Below are positions 20,844 through 31,386 of a DNA stretch of 64,000 nucleotides, one piece after another. The position numbers and the translations under genes were made by a program. The number at the start of each line of letters is the position of its first letter. The first letter of the stretch is position 1. The stretch spans positions 186,001-250,000 of the IMG/VR virus record IMGVR_UViG_3300031576_000001; one strand, written 5' to 3'. The notes under the pieces are model-generated. The model made no database searches. It saw only the letters and a list, made by a program, of their open reading frames with translations, and was not told where the DNA came from.

Positions 20844-21998
20844 ATGCCCAAAGACGTTGACCGCTACCACGACGAAGTATTGAAAAGCAACCCTGACTAC
20901 TCAGAGGCTCAAGCATGGGCTACGGCGTGGTCAATTTTCTGCCGGAATAAAGACCCTGGGTCGGAGCACTGCAAGAAGCCCACGTCGGAGTACCTCTCAG
21001 GCAAAAATGCGGGGCTACTGGTCAGGGTCGCCTCTGCCTACCTCGACAAGCACGCAGCGCAAGACCCTGAGTATACCTCGCACCTCAAGCACTTCCTGGT
21101 AGCCCTGGACAAGGAGGTCAACAAGCTGGCGGGTCACCGAAGCGAGCCTTTGACGGTGACGACCAAGGACTTTGGTGGTGCGAGGGGTCTGCCGCGCGTC
21201 ATTGTCCAGGGACCGAAGGCACAGCACTACCTCTTCGTGGTCGAGAAAGGTAACCCCAAGAAAGCCTACGGGTGGCAAATTTCGCTGTGCGACGCAGAGA
21301 GCGGCGCCCCTCTGAAGGGTAAGAAGCCTGTGGGTACGCTGAACCCTCGCCCTGAGAAGCGCTGGGCAAAAGACCCCATTGGGTGGCACGACGCCTTTGC
21401 TAGCCTGCGGTCACTTGACCTTGACGCACTCTACGGCAAAGAGGACTTGACCGAGGAGGAGCTAGCCCCTGGGTCTACACGGTGGGACGCCCTTGAGGAG
21501 CTACCTCCCATGGAGACTGAGATTCCTGGGGACGACGCTAGCTGGTCTGACCTGGAACAAGTCAAGAATGCAGCAAAAGCTAAACCGTCTAGCAAGTGGA
21601 AAGACCTTGGCAGCTACAGTCGCGAGGCCACAGCGGTTGAAGAGGCTATTGCTAGTCTGGACGCGGTAGAGAAGGAAGTGAGCCAGGGTATCGAAGAGGC
21701 TACCTCCAAGCTCAGACCTACGTGGGTTGGGGACGCAAAGAAAGTGGTGGGTGAGGTTTACAACAAGCTCCAAGCTGCCTTGAGGAGTGCGGACTTGACG
21801 TTGGGGGCTATGGGTCCAGCACTCCGAAAGTTGCCCCTACACTCCAAGCTAACCCAAGAGGCTGTCGCCATGGTGTCTACTCTGGAGAGCGCGGTTACGC
21901 GGCTCACCGCAGTGCGAGCGGCTTTGAGTCGTGCCACGGTTGGGGACACCCCGGCGGTAGAAGCTGCTTTGGCAAAGACAAAAGCACTTCTAGGTTAG
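20844..21998 (+). CDS. Putative virion protein with ChaB-like N-terminal motif
   Basis: Has its own GGGAGAAGCC-ATG start; SEAQAWATAWS, LLVRVASAY, KNA/KHA sites. Confidence 0.55.
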   Translation: MPKDVDRYHDEVLKSNPDYSEAQAWATAWSIFCRNKDPGSEHCKKPTSEYLSGKNAGLLVRVASAYLDKHAAQDPEYTSHLKHFLVALDKEVNKLAGHRSEPLTVTTKDFGGARGLPRVIVQGPKAQHYLFVVEKGNPKKAYGWQISLCDAESGAPLKGKKPVGTLNPRPEKRWAKDPIGWHDAFASLRSLDLDALYGKEDLTEEELAPGSTRWDALEELPPMETEIPGDDASWSDLEQVKNAAKAKPSSKWKDLGSYSREATAVEEAIASLDAVEKEVSQGIEEATSKLRPTWVGDAKKVVGEVYNKLQAALRSADLTLGAMGPALRKLPLHSKLTQEAVAMVSTLESAVTRLTAVRAALSRATVGDTPAVEAALAKTKALLG

Positions 21999-22006
21999 AA
22001 CACGCC

Positions 22007-23440
22007 ATGCTTTCCGAGAGAGTCGCGACCCGTTACCGTTGTGCGCAGCTAGCCAAGACGGCGGGCAGTGACCTTTGGGCGTCCGTGGTAGCCGCCCTGA
22101 CCCAAGCGGCTAGCGAGGCTAGTGCTTTGAAGGGCGCCGAGCCTGACACTGAGGAGGGTAAGCGTACTCTGCTCAACATGGTTCTACTGGGGACCGGGAA
22201 GCCCCTAGCCTCCTTGGCGGAAAACCCTACCTTCGTAAAGTGGGTCACGCTAGGTTTCCCTTCGGGTCAGGGTGCGGCTACGCTTGAGCAACTCACCGCC
22301 CTTTACGAGAACGCTAGGGAGGAAGCCAAAGCGGTACGCAATGGCGACCCAGTGTTTGAGTTCCGGCAAGCCGTGACCGCCTTTGAGCGCGTGGTCAATG
22401 ACCTCTTGGCAGAGCTAGCGCCTGAGCGTTTGACCTACCAAGGCTTTACGGTCACCAACTATGACCACATGAGCGATGCCGTGGTCCGTGGGCTCCTAGA
22501 GGGTGTGGATTACGTGGTAGCCCTGTTCAAGCGCAGAGGGCTAGAGAAGCTGTTGCACTCTGGGGTAACCGAGATTCACCTGGATATTGAGAACTACATT
22601 AGCGACAAACCTAGCACTCTAGGGCACTACCGTCCTTCTCAGAGGGCGATCCATATGTACCCTAATGGGCTCAGAATAGCCAACACCCCCAGAATGCTGA
22701 GCAAGTGGGTCAACGAGATATTCCTGCATGAGTTTGGGCATTACATTCACCTGGCGTACCTGCCCAAAGAAGCCATGGAGGCGTGGAACGCTACGTGGGA
22801 CGATTTCAAGGTCAAGTGTGAGGTTTTTACACAGGCGACCACAAACATTAGCGTGGAGGAACGTGCGCTATTCTGGTCATTGTTGCAGAAGAATGGCTAT
22901 CAACCGTCCAAGGTAGCACCCAAACTGAAGCCTTTCCTCAGATTGAAATTTGGTGCGTGGCTACGCCAGTACTACTCTGGTCCCCTCATTACAGCGGGGC
23001 AGTTCAAGCTGACCGAGAAGGGTAAGAACTTCTTTGCCCTCTTTGTGGACCCTGAGAAGTACATGCTGGAAGAGCGCGGTTACTATGTGGACGAGCCAGG
23101 GTACGCCAAGGAGTATCAGAAGCTAGAGCGTACCAGACTGACGGACATAGGACTCGTTAGCCCTTCGACCTTCCCGATCCCCAACGAAACGGTAGAAGAG
23201 ATCAAGAAGGCCAACCCTGAGCTAAAGGCTGAGGTTTCAGCGGAGCTAGACAAGTTGCAACCCGTATCGACCTACGGGCGCACCGACGAGATGGAGGACT
23301 TTGCAGAAGCCTTCGTGGCTTTCGTAGGGGCGCCTGAGAAGCTAACCCACATGGCGAAGTTCCGTATGCAGCGGGCGCTCTCTCTTGCTGGGCTGTACGG
23401 CAAAGAGGTCATGAAGCTAGCCCAGCACCCTGAGCAGTGA
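22007..23440 (+). CDS. Zincin-like metallopeptidase (HExxH) with RVAxRY leader
   Basis: MLSERVATRY; FLHEFGH; VSTYGRTDEMEDFAEAF. Confidence 0.75.
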   Translation: MLSERVATRYRCAQLAKTAGSDLWASVVAALTQAASEASALKGAEPDTEEGKRTLLNMVLLGTGKPLASLAENPTFVKWVTLGFPSGQGAATLEQLTALYENAREEAKAVRNGDPVFEFRQAVTAFERVVNDLLAELAPERLTYQGFTVTNYDHMSDAVVRGLLEGVDYVVALFKRRGLEKLLHSGVTEIHLDIENYISDKPSTLGHYRPSQRAIHMYPNGLRIANTPRMLSKWVNEIFLHEFGHYIHLAYLPKEAMEAWNATWDDFKVKCEVFTQATTNISVEERALFWSLLQKNGYQPSKVAPKLKPFLRLKFGAWLRQYYSGPLITAGQFKLTEKGKNFFALFVDPEKYMLEERGYYVDEPGYAKEYQKLERTRLTDIGLVSPSTFPIPNETVEEIKKANPELKAEVSAELDKLQPVSTYGRTDEMEDFAEAFVAFVGAPEKLTHMAKFRMQRALSLAGLYGKEVMKLAQHPEQ

Positions 23441-25126
23441 GGGATTCTCATCAGGCGCGAGGCTGGACAGCACGGACCTGAAACTCTCTAGCTGGTCTCT
23501 GTTGAGGCTCTCCTCCATGACGTAACGCTCAAAGACTTCTGCAAAGGCTTCCTCGATTGAGCCTGCCCCGTAATCAGACACGGCACTGACGGGCTTGATC
23601 TCACCTTGCGTGTCGGATACCTTGTCAAGATACTGGGTAACGAGAAGGTAAGCGTCCCAATGGTCCTTGCTCCAATCCAGGTACCACCTCGTTACACTCA
23701 AAGAGGCGAGTTCCTCCTTGCTGTAGAGCGCTATACCCTCCAGTGTGGCGAGGGTGCTGTAGATTGCGGTCTCAGCCTCCGAGAAGTCTACCCCGGGTAC
23801 GGTGGGTAGTATAGCTCTCAGGCTTCTCTCAAAGGCGTCCCTCAGTCCGTCTAGCTGCGAAACCAATGCTTTCAACAAGTCATCGCCCTCTTGGAAGAGC
23901 AGCTTGTAAATCTGAGTCTGAAAACTGTCAAATGCCTGTTGGGCTTCTTTCTTGACCTTACCTATATTGACAAGGGGAGCCTCTGGGTTGTACCTAACGC
24001 GGTATGGTCCAGAGGGGTACTCCCTGGTTTTCTCAGAGGTATTGGTGCGTACTAGGTCATTGAACCGAGCGCGTTGGTCTGACCGCATAAACTTGTACCA
24101 ATAACGGTGCCCCATTTCGTGAACAATGGTGTCCACCACCGATTGTCGAGGGGGTATGGTGAGCTTTACCGTGTCATCACCATCGTGGTACGTGCCTGCT
24201 GTACTCTCCAAAGAAGTGTAACCGTATTGCTGGTACGCCTCTTGAGCCGCGGGGCTCAGCTTGTCGTAGGACGTGCTACCTAGAAAGAACACCCCATACC
24301 ACAACTTGCCAAAACCCTTACGCTCCAAGAGAGACTTGGCTTCCATGAAGTATTGTGCGTAGGCTTCAGCGTTCGCTATCAGCTCAACCCCATAGCCCTC
24401 TTTGACGATGACTCTCAGTTTGCCAATGCTGAAGTCACGGTACCAGAGTAGGTCACCCTCCTCTTTGGCCTTCTCCGTATATTTAGCTGCCAGGATCTTG
24501 TAAATAAAATCAATCCTGGCGGGCACGTCCACCACGCGAGGGTGCTTCACCTTGACCCAGAGGCGCGGTATGGCGTTCTCGACCATGGCACGAGCCTTGG
24601 CGTTCAGGTTGTACAACCAAGGCTCGTCCTCCTTGACAAGCGCGTCCTTGTCCTCTTGGGGCATTCTGTTGGCTAGCCGGCTGGCCGTCGCCAGCAAAGC
24701 CGGTATGTCTACGTCAGGGTAGCTCTTTAGTTGAGCCGGTACGTTTCGACCGTAGACCTTCCAAGAGGCGTCTTCGATCAGGCGCCGGAACAGGCTGGCT
24801 AGCTTGGCGCTGGGCGAGTTATCGCCCTTGTACGGGATGGTCGCTAGCTTGGCGTCAAAGGCTAGCTGTCGTTTGTTAGCCTCCTCTAGGTCGTCGCGTA
24901 TGTCCTTGACGTACTCCTTGACAGCTTGCGCGGCTACCGGGTGGAGCCCCATCGCCTTTAGCTCGCGCTCAAAGGTCTCTAGCCAGTAGTAAAGGTCATG
25001 GATGTAGCTGAACGTATTCTTGTTCTTCAAGCCCTCGACAAGCTCTTTCTTCTTGGCTTGGAAGAACTTGATCGGCACAAAGCCGGCGTGTTTGGCGCGA
25101 TACCTGGCGACAAGACGGTCAATCAT
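23417..25126 (-). CDS. Zincin-like metallopeptidase (HExxH) with RLVARY leader
   Basis: MIDRLVARYRAKHA; IVHEMGH; VSDYGAGSIEEAFAEVF. Confidence 0.75.
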   Translation of the reverse strand: MIDRLVARYRAKHAGFVPIKFFQAKKKELVEGLKNKNTFSYIHDLYYWLETFERELKAMGLHPVAAQAVKEYVKDIRDDLEEANKRQLAFDAKLATIPYKGDNSPSAKLASLFRRLIEDASWKVYGRNVPAQLKSYPDVDIPALLATASRLANRMPQEDKDALVKEDEPWLYNLNAKARAMVENAIPRLWVKVKHPRVVDVPARIDFIYKILAAKYTEKAKEEGDLLWYRDFSIGKLRVIVKEGYGVELIANAEAYAQYFMEAKSLLERKGFGKLWYGVFFLGSTSYDKLSPAAQEAYQQYGYTSLESTAGTYHDGDDTVKLTIPPRQSVVDTIVHEMGHRYWYKFMRSDQRARFNDLVRTNTSEKTREYPSGPYRVRYNPEAPLVNIGKVKKEAQQAFDSFQTQIYKLLFQEGDDLLKALVSQLDGLRDAFERSLRAILPTVPGVDFSEAETAIYSTLATLEGIALYSKEELASLSVTRWYLDWSKDHWDAYLLVTQYLDKVSDTQGEIKPVSAVSDYGAGSIEEAFAEVFERYVMEESLNRDQLESFRSVLSSLAPDENPSLLRVLG

Positions 25127-25188
25127 GGTGGTAGCCCGGTGTATAAGGCGGGTAGACTAAGAGCCCTCTTTTCCACAGGTTCTTCTGT

Positions 25189-26355
25189 ATGACCGTCAAG
25201 CAAGCCGCCTCTATGGGTGACCCCGCGGTACTTCTATCGCAACTTTCCAGTCTTAGCTTCGACCTGGACCGCAACGTGGCGGATCTCAAGGAGTACCACG
25301 CCAAGCTAGAGCGCCGCGACCCAGACCGTTACCGTAACAGTTCTATCGTAGATGCTGCTTGGAAGCAATTCGGAGACATTCTCGGGTCACGTAAGGTGCG
25401 CGACCTTGGTTTTGCGCTCCTACAGGATTACGATATGACGGTAGCCCACCGAAAGGCTGTCGAGGTGGGGGTACACTTGCTCAGTCACGGCGCCCGTCCC
25501 AAGGCGCCAAGGACGGGTGACCGCGCGTTGGCAATGGCTAGCTTCGTCTTGGACCGGTGCATCACGGTGCAGAACCTTCTCAGCTCCGCAAAGGTGGTCA
25601 TTGAGTCAGGCAAGAAGCACAGCACAGAGGGTGTGGGTGCTACAGCCAACGCAACGAAGTTTCCCGCAGGCAGCTTCACAGTAGTCAACTCTGGCGGGTT
25701 CCCTGAGAAGACCATCAGAACGGTCGTGGACCTTGTAAAGAAGGCGGACCAGGCTCTAAAGCGCAGTGGATTCCCGCAGGTTTGCTATGGCCCCGTGTTC
25801 ATCACGAAGACAGTGGGTCGCTCGTCCAGTGTGCTGGCGTTCTACGATCTGAAGACGGATGATATGTACGTCCGCGCTAACCTGAAAGGCTCGGGCAACA
25901 GCATCCTCCTGAACTTCTTGCATGAGGTAGGGCACCGCTTTGACTTCAAGTTTCTAAAGGATAACCAGGGTAAGCAACGCCTCTACAATGAGGTTTCCAG
26001 GCAAGAGGGTCAACGTGAATTTATCGCACCCATCGTGGGTACACAGTTCAAAGACCACAAAGGTCTGAACTGGGAGGTTCTACGTGTAAGCGGCTCTTCC
26101 CTCTATGTGCAAGACGCAGAGGGGCGCACGGGGACAATGAGTGTGCGTGGGTACTATGAGCAGACCGGCAAACTAAGGGACACGGCTAACCCTAAGCACC
26201 TTGGGTTTGTGTCTGCTTATGCCAAGACTGACCCCGATGAGAACTTCGCTGAAATGTTCTCTCTGTACTGTGATGATACGCTCCCCGTCATGCAAAGCCT
26301 CTCCTTTGAGGAAGTGTGCTTTGGTAAGCAGGACACGTCACGCAAGACCGCGTTA
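25189..26355 (+). CDS. Zincin-like metallopeptidase (HExxH)
   Basis: FLHEVGH; VSAYAKTDPDENFAEMF. TTA at 26353-26355 (standard end 26367). Confidence 0.75.
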
Positions 26356-26364
26356 GCTCAGAGC

Positions 26365-26841
26365 TAAGGCGCCCATTAGCTCGCCCCAGTCCGAGGCTAG
26401 TAGGAAGTCGGCACAGAGGTGTACACCCTCAGTCAGCCTCGGGAGCTTGCGGTAGGCACACCCAAGAGGCGCTGTCCCTGCAAGGCAGGGGGGCTCAGGC
26501 GTGTCCTCCTCGCGCAGCCGCGGACCTTCGTAGCACTGGCTACCCAGGCGAGACCCGTAGGTGTACGCCTCGCTGTAGTACGGGCAGTGGTTAGCGGAGA
26601 CCTCTTCGGGGGTAAACTCGACCGTGATCCGCCAGTGTCCCCTTATAGGCTTCTGACCTGACCAGTTCTTGGGGAGGGGCAACAGGGTGCTCAGGTAGGC
26701 TCGCCCCTGTGCCTGACTGCAACGGTAGTTAGGGCAGTCAAGGTAAGCGTCCGGGTGGCGGTCAAAGAAGCTTGTGTCGCCGTCGCCTGTAAAGTAGCGG
26801 TCAACGAGCACGGTCTCTTTACGGAGGGGGGGTGACGGCAT
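26365..26841 (-). CDS. Cys-rich hypothetical protein
   Basis: GGTGTA-N12-ATG; TTA at 26365-26367 (standard end 26353). Confidence 0.5.
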
Positions 26842-26880
26842 GGGGGCTCATGGTACACCTCTTTTCCTCGCACGTCTACC

Positions 26881-27960
26881 ATGACGAGCACGCTAACCGA
26901 GCGAGTGGTAGCCAGACACCTCTCAGCCTACGTAGAGGTGCCGGACTACGACGAGCCCGAGGAAAACGACTTTGAGGCTGCCAAGAGGGAAGACCTTGCC
27001 TATTGGGACAAGGTGGAGGCGGTCTTCTTCAAGTTCGCCAAGACCTACGTGAAGCCTCTGGTAGCCAACCCCAGCTTTGAGCCGGAGTTTCGCTCTGCGG
27101 TGTCTGACTGCTTCTTCAAGGCGAAGGGCTCTCACACACAGTTCAACATTGCATTGGCTTTGCACACCCGCTCCCCCCGAGGGTGCTATCAGTCGCCCTT
27201 GGAGCACTCGTGGAACTACCGTAACAAAGAGGCCATTGCCTACGCTAATAAGCTGCGCACCGGGAAGAAGCTAGACCGGGCACACCGGCAGATTGAGTCT
27301 GTCGAGGGTTGGTTCCGTAGCCTGGCAGAGTTCAAGGCGTACAGTGAGGGCACCGAGATCATGGAGGCGCTAGAGGCTACGGCTGACGTTTCCGGGTGGT
27401 CTCAAAAGTGCCTGGACGTAGCTAACGCCCTCTCCGACCACGTACACAAACTCAAGTACGCCTCGTCCATGTGGGGTAGCCCTACCATTCTCAAGAACTT
27501 CCAAGAGGCATGGGACGTGGCGCGTCAGGGCTACAAGACGATAAAGCCCATCTTTGAGAAGGCGTGGCTACAGTTTTGTGGGGCTGACCGGCAGCTAGAC
27601 AAGTTCACAGACGCTTGGTGGAAGGTACGCCAGATTACCCTAAAGGCTTACGAGGATTTCCGAGTGGGGGACAAGTCCGCCGTCGTAAAGCTCTACGCTG
27701 TCCGTGTCGAGACGTGCCTCCGTCAGTACCACGAGGTCATGGACCGGGGGCGAGAGGCTTTCGACCGTGACCTCTTCGTCAAGGCGACCAAGTGGAGCGA
27801 CATGCAGTCCGAGTACCAAAACGCTCAGAGGAAATTCTTGATAGACTTGATAGACTGGGATCTGCCATGGCCTTGGACGGAGCACCACCCAAAATCCTGC
27901 ATACTCAAGGCGGTCACTCAGCTTGAAGCCTTGGACCGCAAGCGTGGCACACTGTTCTGA
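26881..27960 (+). CDS. RVVARH-leader hypothetical protein
   Basis: MTSTLTERVVARHLSA; 359-aa helical ORF. Confidence 0.65.
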   Translation: MTSTLTERVVARHLSAYVEVPDYDEPEENDFEAAKREDLAYWDKVEAVFFKFAKTYVKPLVANPSFEPEFRSAVSDCFFKAKGSHTQFNIALALHTRSPRGCYQSPLEHSWNYRNKEAIAYANKLRTGKKLDRAHRQIESVEGWFRSLAEFKAYSEGTEIMEALEATADVSGWSQKCLDVANALSDHVHKLKYASSMWGSPTILKNFQEAWDVARQGYKTIKPIFEKAWLQFCGADRQLDKFTDAWWKVRQITLKAYEDFRVGDKSAVVKLYAVRVETCLRQYHEVMDRGREAFDRDLFVKATKWSDMQSEYQNAQRKFLIDLIDWDLPWPWTEHHPKSCILKAVTQLEALDRKRGTLF

Positions 27961-27986
27961 ACGTCTCCCCGGTGTAGAACCACCCC

Positions 27987-28328
27987 ATGCGTCGAGAAGC
28001 CAAGAAAACCACGGGGAGTGTAGCAAAGCAGCGCAGTAAGCACCTACTTGCCCAGCGCCAGCGCGACGCCATGCAAGCACTACACGAGGGTAAGGAAACC
28101 CGCCTCTTGGTGGTACCCTACTTCGGCGGCAAAAGGCAGTGGATGGTAGTCACTCCCATTTCTAGTGACACCGCGCCCCAGAGTGGAGTGACAGTAGTGG
28201 CTCTAGCCGGGGGCGTTATCCAAGAGGGTGTAGTCATCGACAAGGACGGGCGCACCTTTGCTACCAACAGGCGAGACTATTACGACAGCACAGTCAAAGT
28301 GCTAGGCTCCGTCAAGTTGACCACGTAG
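27987..28328 (+). CDS. Hypothetical protein
   Basis: GGTGTA-N10-ATG. Confidence 0.55.
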   Translation: MRREAKKTTGSVAKQRSKHLLAQRQRDAMQALHEGKETRLLVVPYFGGKRQWMVVTPISSDTAPQSGVTVVALAGGVIQEGVVIDKDGRTFATNRRDYYDSTVKVLGSVKLTT

Positions 28329-28352
28329 CCCCCCAAAGCTACACTCCCTACC

Positions 28353-28703
28353 ATGGACGTTTGCAGCGTTGTCCCTGCCAACCTGAGTGAAGCCCTCGTC
28401 TACATAGACGACACCTGGCCCGACATGCGCGAAGAGCTAATCGAGCATGGTCCTGTGGCGTATCACAGCACCATGGGGATGCACCTTCGGAACATCTTTG
28501 GGCTGTGGTACAAGAGCCCCCTCGCTCAACACCTAGAGAAGCACTGGGGCGTTTCCCACCCAGACGACATGAGCGGGCTTCTCTTGGAGCAATGGGTCAC
28601 CTGGCTCAAGAAAGCCAAGCCCGCCCTCCCATGGGAGCCTGGTTACGTACCGCCCTGGGTCGAGCCTCCCACCTGTTTGACTCTGGCGACCGAGATTGCT
28701 TTA
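28353..28703 (+). CDS. DUF6794-like protein
   Basis: H...GMHLRNIFGLW...HPDDMS signature. TTA at 28701-28703, two codons before TAG. Confidence 0.6.
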
Positions 28704-29029
28704 TCGTAGAGGCTAAGCACGTCCTCTTTGGTGCGCTTCGGGTCGTCATTCCATTCACCCATGTGAAGCTCAGTGGGGTCGATGTTCAGCACACACGCAA
28801 AAAGGGCGTGTATGTGGTAGGCGGTACGCTTCTTATCGCTCTTGGGGATGTACCGGTACACTGCACCCATACTGCAAAAGCACACGGCGTACTCGTCGTC
28901 GGGGGTGACCTGGCTATGGCTGGCGTCCCTAGCGTAGAGCCCTTGCGTCCACCCTTTCCGTACCAGGGCCTCCCGCGCCCTGGTGAGTATACTTAGAATG
29001 AGCACCCAATCCGAGGCGTAGTCGGTCAC
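28643..29029 (-). CDS. DUF6197-like protein (paralogue 1)
   Basis: GWTQG..FCSMGA..WNDDPKRTKEDVL; GTGA-coupled start. Confidence 0.6.
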   Translation of the reverse strand: MTDYASDWVLILSILTRAREALVRKGWTQGLYARDASHSQVTPDDEYAVCFCSMGAVYRYIPKSDKKRTAYHIHALFACVLNIDPTELHMGEWNDDPKRTKEDVLSLYDKAISVARVKQVGGSTQGGT

Positions 29030-29373
29030 GACCCCACCCAGTCTGTCTGAGAGATAGCTCGGTCGTACAACGCCAAGACTTCCTCTTTGGTTGTGCTCGC
29101 CCGGTCGTTCCACATCGAAATGCGCATATTTGTCAGCCTTTCCAAGCTGTGGATGCAATCGCCGCGAAGGTTGATGGCTTCACCCGTGACCCGCATGATT
29201 GCCCCCAGCGCACAAAAGCCCACAGCCGTCTCGTCCGCAGGGTGTACCGGAACCCCAGAGGGTGACAGGGCATAGGCCCCCTGGACCCAACCTGAGCGAG
29301 CCAGCAAGTCACGCGCATCTTGCAGGGCTGCTTTGATCTCTTCCTTGGTGGGTTCTTCCTCGTCGTCGTGCAT
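29026..29373 (-). CDS. DUF6197-like protein (paralogue 2)
   Basis: GWVQG..FCALGA..WNDRASTTKEEVL; GGTGTA-N10-ATG. Confidence 0.6.
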   Translation of the reverse strand: MHDDEEEPTKEEIKAALQDARDLLARSGWVQGAYALSPSGVPVHPADETAVGFCALGAIMRVTGEAINLRGDCIHSLERLTNMRISMWNDRASTTKEEVLALYDRAISQTDWVGS

Positions 29374-29415
29374 AGCGTGCCTTTACACCAAGAGGCGGGT
29401 AGACTCCCCGCTACC

Positions 29416-30420
29416 GTGATCAAGTACCTCGGGTCAAAGCGTACCCTGTTGCCTACCATCCTCAACGCCCTCTCGGGGTGTGACTCAGTGCTCGACCTGT
29501 TCTCGGGTACCTCTCGGGTGAGCGTGGCGTGCAAAGCAGCCGGCAAGAGGGTGGTCTCTGCGGACTACGCCAATTACGCTCACACGCTGGCGACCTGTTA
29601 CGTTCAGACAGACAGTGACCGCGCAGAGGAGGCTGGTAGAATTATCACGGAGCTAAACCAGCTTCCCGGTCGGGCGGGCTACTTTACCGAGACATTCTGC
29701 CGGAAGTCACGGTTTTTGCAGCCGTTCAACGGAGAGCGCGTTGACGCCATCCGAGAGGCTATTGAGCAGAAGGGGCTCGACCCGGAGCTAAAGGCCGTCG
29801 CGCTCACCAGCCTCTTGGAAGCCGCGGACAAGGTAGACTCCACGGTGGGTCTACAAATGGCGTACCTCAAGGAGTGGGCGAAGAGGTCGTACAATCCGTT
29901 GACCCTCGCGCTCCCGGCGCTCTTGCCAGTGAGCCCTCACGGTAAGGGTCTCGCGCTACAAGGGGACGCTAGAGCGCTAGCGGGGGAAGTTGAGGTTGAC
30001 GGGGTATACCTAGACCCCCCCTACAACCAGCACTCCTACCTTGGAAACTACCACGTTTGGGAGTCTTTGGTCCTCTGGGACGCGCCCGAAGTGTACGGGG
30101 TGGCGTGTAAGAGGGTGGACACCCGAGAGAAACGGAGCCCGTTCAACTCCCGGCGGTGGGCACGGCAAGCCTTCTCAGAGGTAGTCCAGCGGTGCCGCGC
30201 CAGGAAGAGGATCGTGGTCTCATTCAGCGACGAGGCTTTCCTGGTCAGACAGGACGTAGAAGCCATTCTACGGGAGAGGGGCACTGTGTCCGTGGTCACG
30301 CTCCCCCACAAGCGGCACGTCGGTAGCCAGCTTGGGGTCTTCAACCCCGATGGGTTGCGTGTGGGTACCCCCGGTAAGACAGAGTGCCGTGAGTATCTCT
30401 TCGTTACTGAGGTTGGGTAG
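29416..30420 (+). CDS. DNA adenine methyltransferase (D12 / FokI-like class)
   Basis: KYLGSK, DLFSGT, YLDPPYN. Confidence 0.85.
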   Translation: MIKYLGSKRTLLPTILNALSGCDSVLDLFSGTSRVSVACKAAGKRVVSADYANYAHTLATCYVQTDSDRAEEAGRIITELNQLPGRAGYFTETFCRKSRFLQPFNGERVDAIREAIEQKGLDPELKAVALTSLLEAADKVDSTVGLQMAYLKEWAKRSYNPLTLALPALLPVSPHGKGLALQGDARALAGEVEVDGVYLDPPYNQHSYLGNYHVWESLVLWDAPEVYGVACKRVDTREKRSPFNSRRWARQAFSEVVQRCRARKRIVVSFSDEAFLVRQDVEAILRERGTVSVVTLPHKRHVGSQLGVFNPDGLRVGTPGKTECREYLFVTEVG

Positions 30421-30918
30421 GGCAACGTGACGCTGCTTTTGGCTAGGTGCCAGCCTGAGCGTTACGGATTCCACGACACGGTTGAGGTCGTCAACGTAGC
30501 GGTAAGGGTTCTGGCTGCCCCAGGAGTGAAGGCTAGCCAGAGCATCTTTACCCTTGGCTAGCGCCCGGTAGTCCTTGGCTCGCTCCCGGGCAGCGATCCG
30601 CACGCTGGCAAACCGAGTGTAGAATTGCTTGGCGGTGGCGTCTATCACGGTACGGGGGGAGCCGGGTAGCTCTAGCCAGCAATGCCCTGTGGGGGTACTC
30701 CTACAGAACATCCCGGTTGCCAGGTCAACCTCCGTGTAGCCCTTGGCGTAGAGGACTTGACCCAGGGCGAAGGATACCACGGCGCAGAGTCCCCCGAAGG
30801 TCGTGTAGTTCGGTGGTCCCCCTTGGTAGATCACAGGGAGCCGGAGGGCAGCGACCTCTTCGCGAACCAAGAGGGCAGCCCGGATGACAAACTGACGGTC
30901 AAGCCCCGTCACGGACAC
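30268..30918 (-). CDS. Putative transglutaminase/papain-like fold protein
   Basis: GLC...GHCWLE...VIDATAKQF Cys-His-Asp pattern. The 3' end overlaps the MTase and is uncertain. Confidence 0.45.
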   Translation of the reverse strand: MSVTGLDRQFVIRAALLVREEVAALRLPVIYQGGPPNYTTFGGLCAVVSFALGQVLYAKGYTEVDLATGMFCRSTPTGHCWLELPGSPRTVIDATAKQFYTRFASVRIAARERAKDYRALAKGKDALASLHSWGSQNPYRYVDDLNRVVESVTLRLAPSQKQRHVALPNLSNEEILTALCLTGGTHTQPIGVEDPKLATDVPLVGERDHGHSAPLP

Positions 30919-31288
30919 GGCTGACCTCGGTAGCCACCCAGAGGGGGTCGTCGGTACGGTACGGCTTGGGAGGCGCCACGATGCCAGCCTCTTGGTAGAG
31001 GAGGGAGAGCACTTCCTCTTGGGTCCGCTGGGGGTTGTCGTTCCAAACCGAGGGTGCGGTCCTCAGCACACTGTCAAGGTGTCCCCTGACCGCCAGGAAA
31101 CCGTCCAGGGAGGGTAGCGCCTTTATCACGGCGCCCATGAGGCAGAAGGCGTAAGCGTCCGGGCGGTCGGGTTGGCTCACCTTAGTCCCCTCTTGGGTGC
31201 GGGCGTAGCTCCCCTGGCACCATGGGTTTTGTAGGAGGACCAAGAGTGTGCCCCGTAGGGTCTCTTTGACTTCGGGTGTGGGTGGCAT
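30899..31288 (-). CDS. DUF6197-like protein (paralogue 3)
   Basis: PWCQG..FCLMGA..WNDNPQRTQEEVL; GGTGTA-N12-ATG. The longer upstream extension contains two TTA codons. Confidence 0.6.
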   Translation of the reverse strand: MPPTPEVKETLRGTLLVLLQNPWCQGSYARTQEGTKVSQPDRPDAYAFCLMGAVIKALPSLDGFLAVRGHLDSVLRTAPSVWNDNPQRTQEEVLSLLYQEAGIVAPPKPYRTDDPLWVATEVSRVRDGA

Positions 31289-31386
31289 CGTTTCTGTGGG
31301 TACACCAGCGCCAGGGGGGTTTAAGGCTAAGCGGGGGTGTAAACTAACCCTCATGTTCGGAGAGCCTCTTTGGTGTAGGCTAGGGT

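Noticed and set aside
26353-26367. Double TTA at the zincin / convergent gene junction as proof of TTA-stop
   Set aside because: Each TTA is the complement of the other gene's TAA, so the site fits both codes and is uninformative alone.
30268-30420. Claim that TTA-stop resolves every overlap
   Set aside because: This overlap and those at 28643-28703, 47621-47663, 58435-58531, 61637-61721 and 63045-63154 persist, so overlap alone is not decisive evidence.
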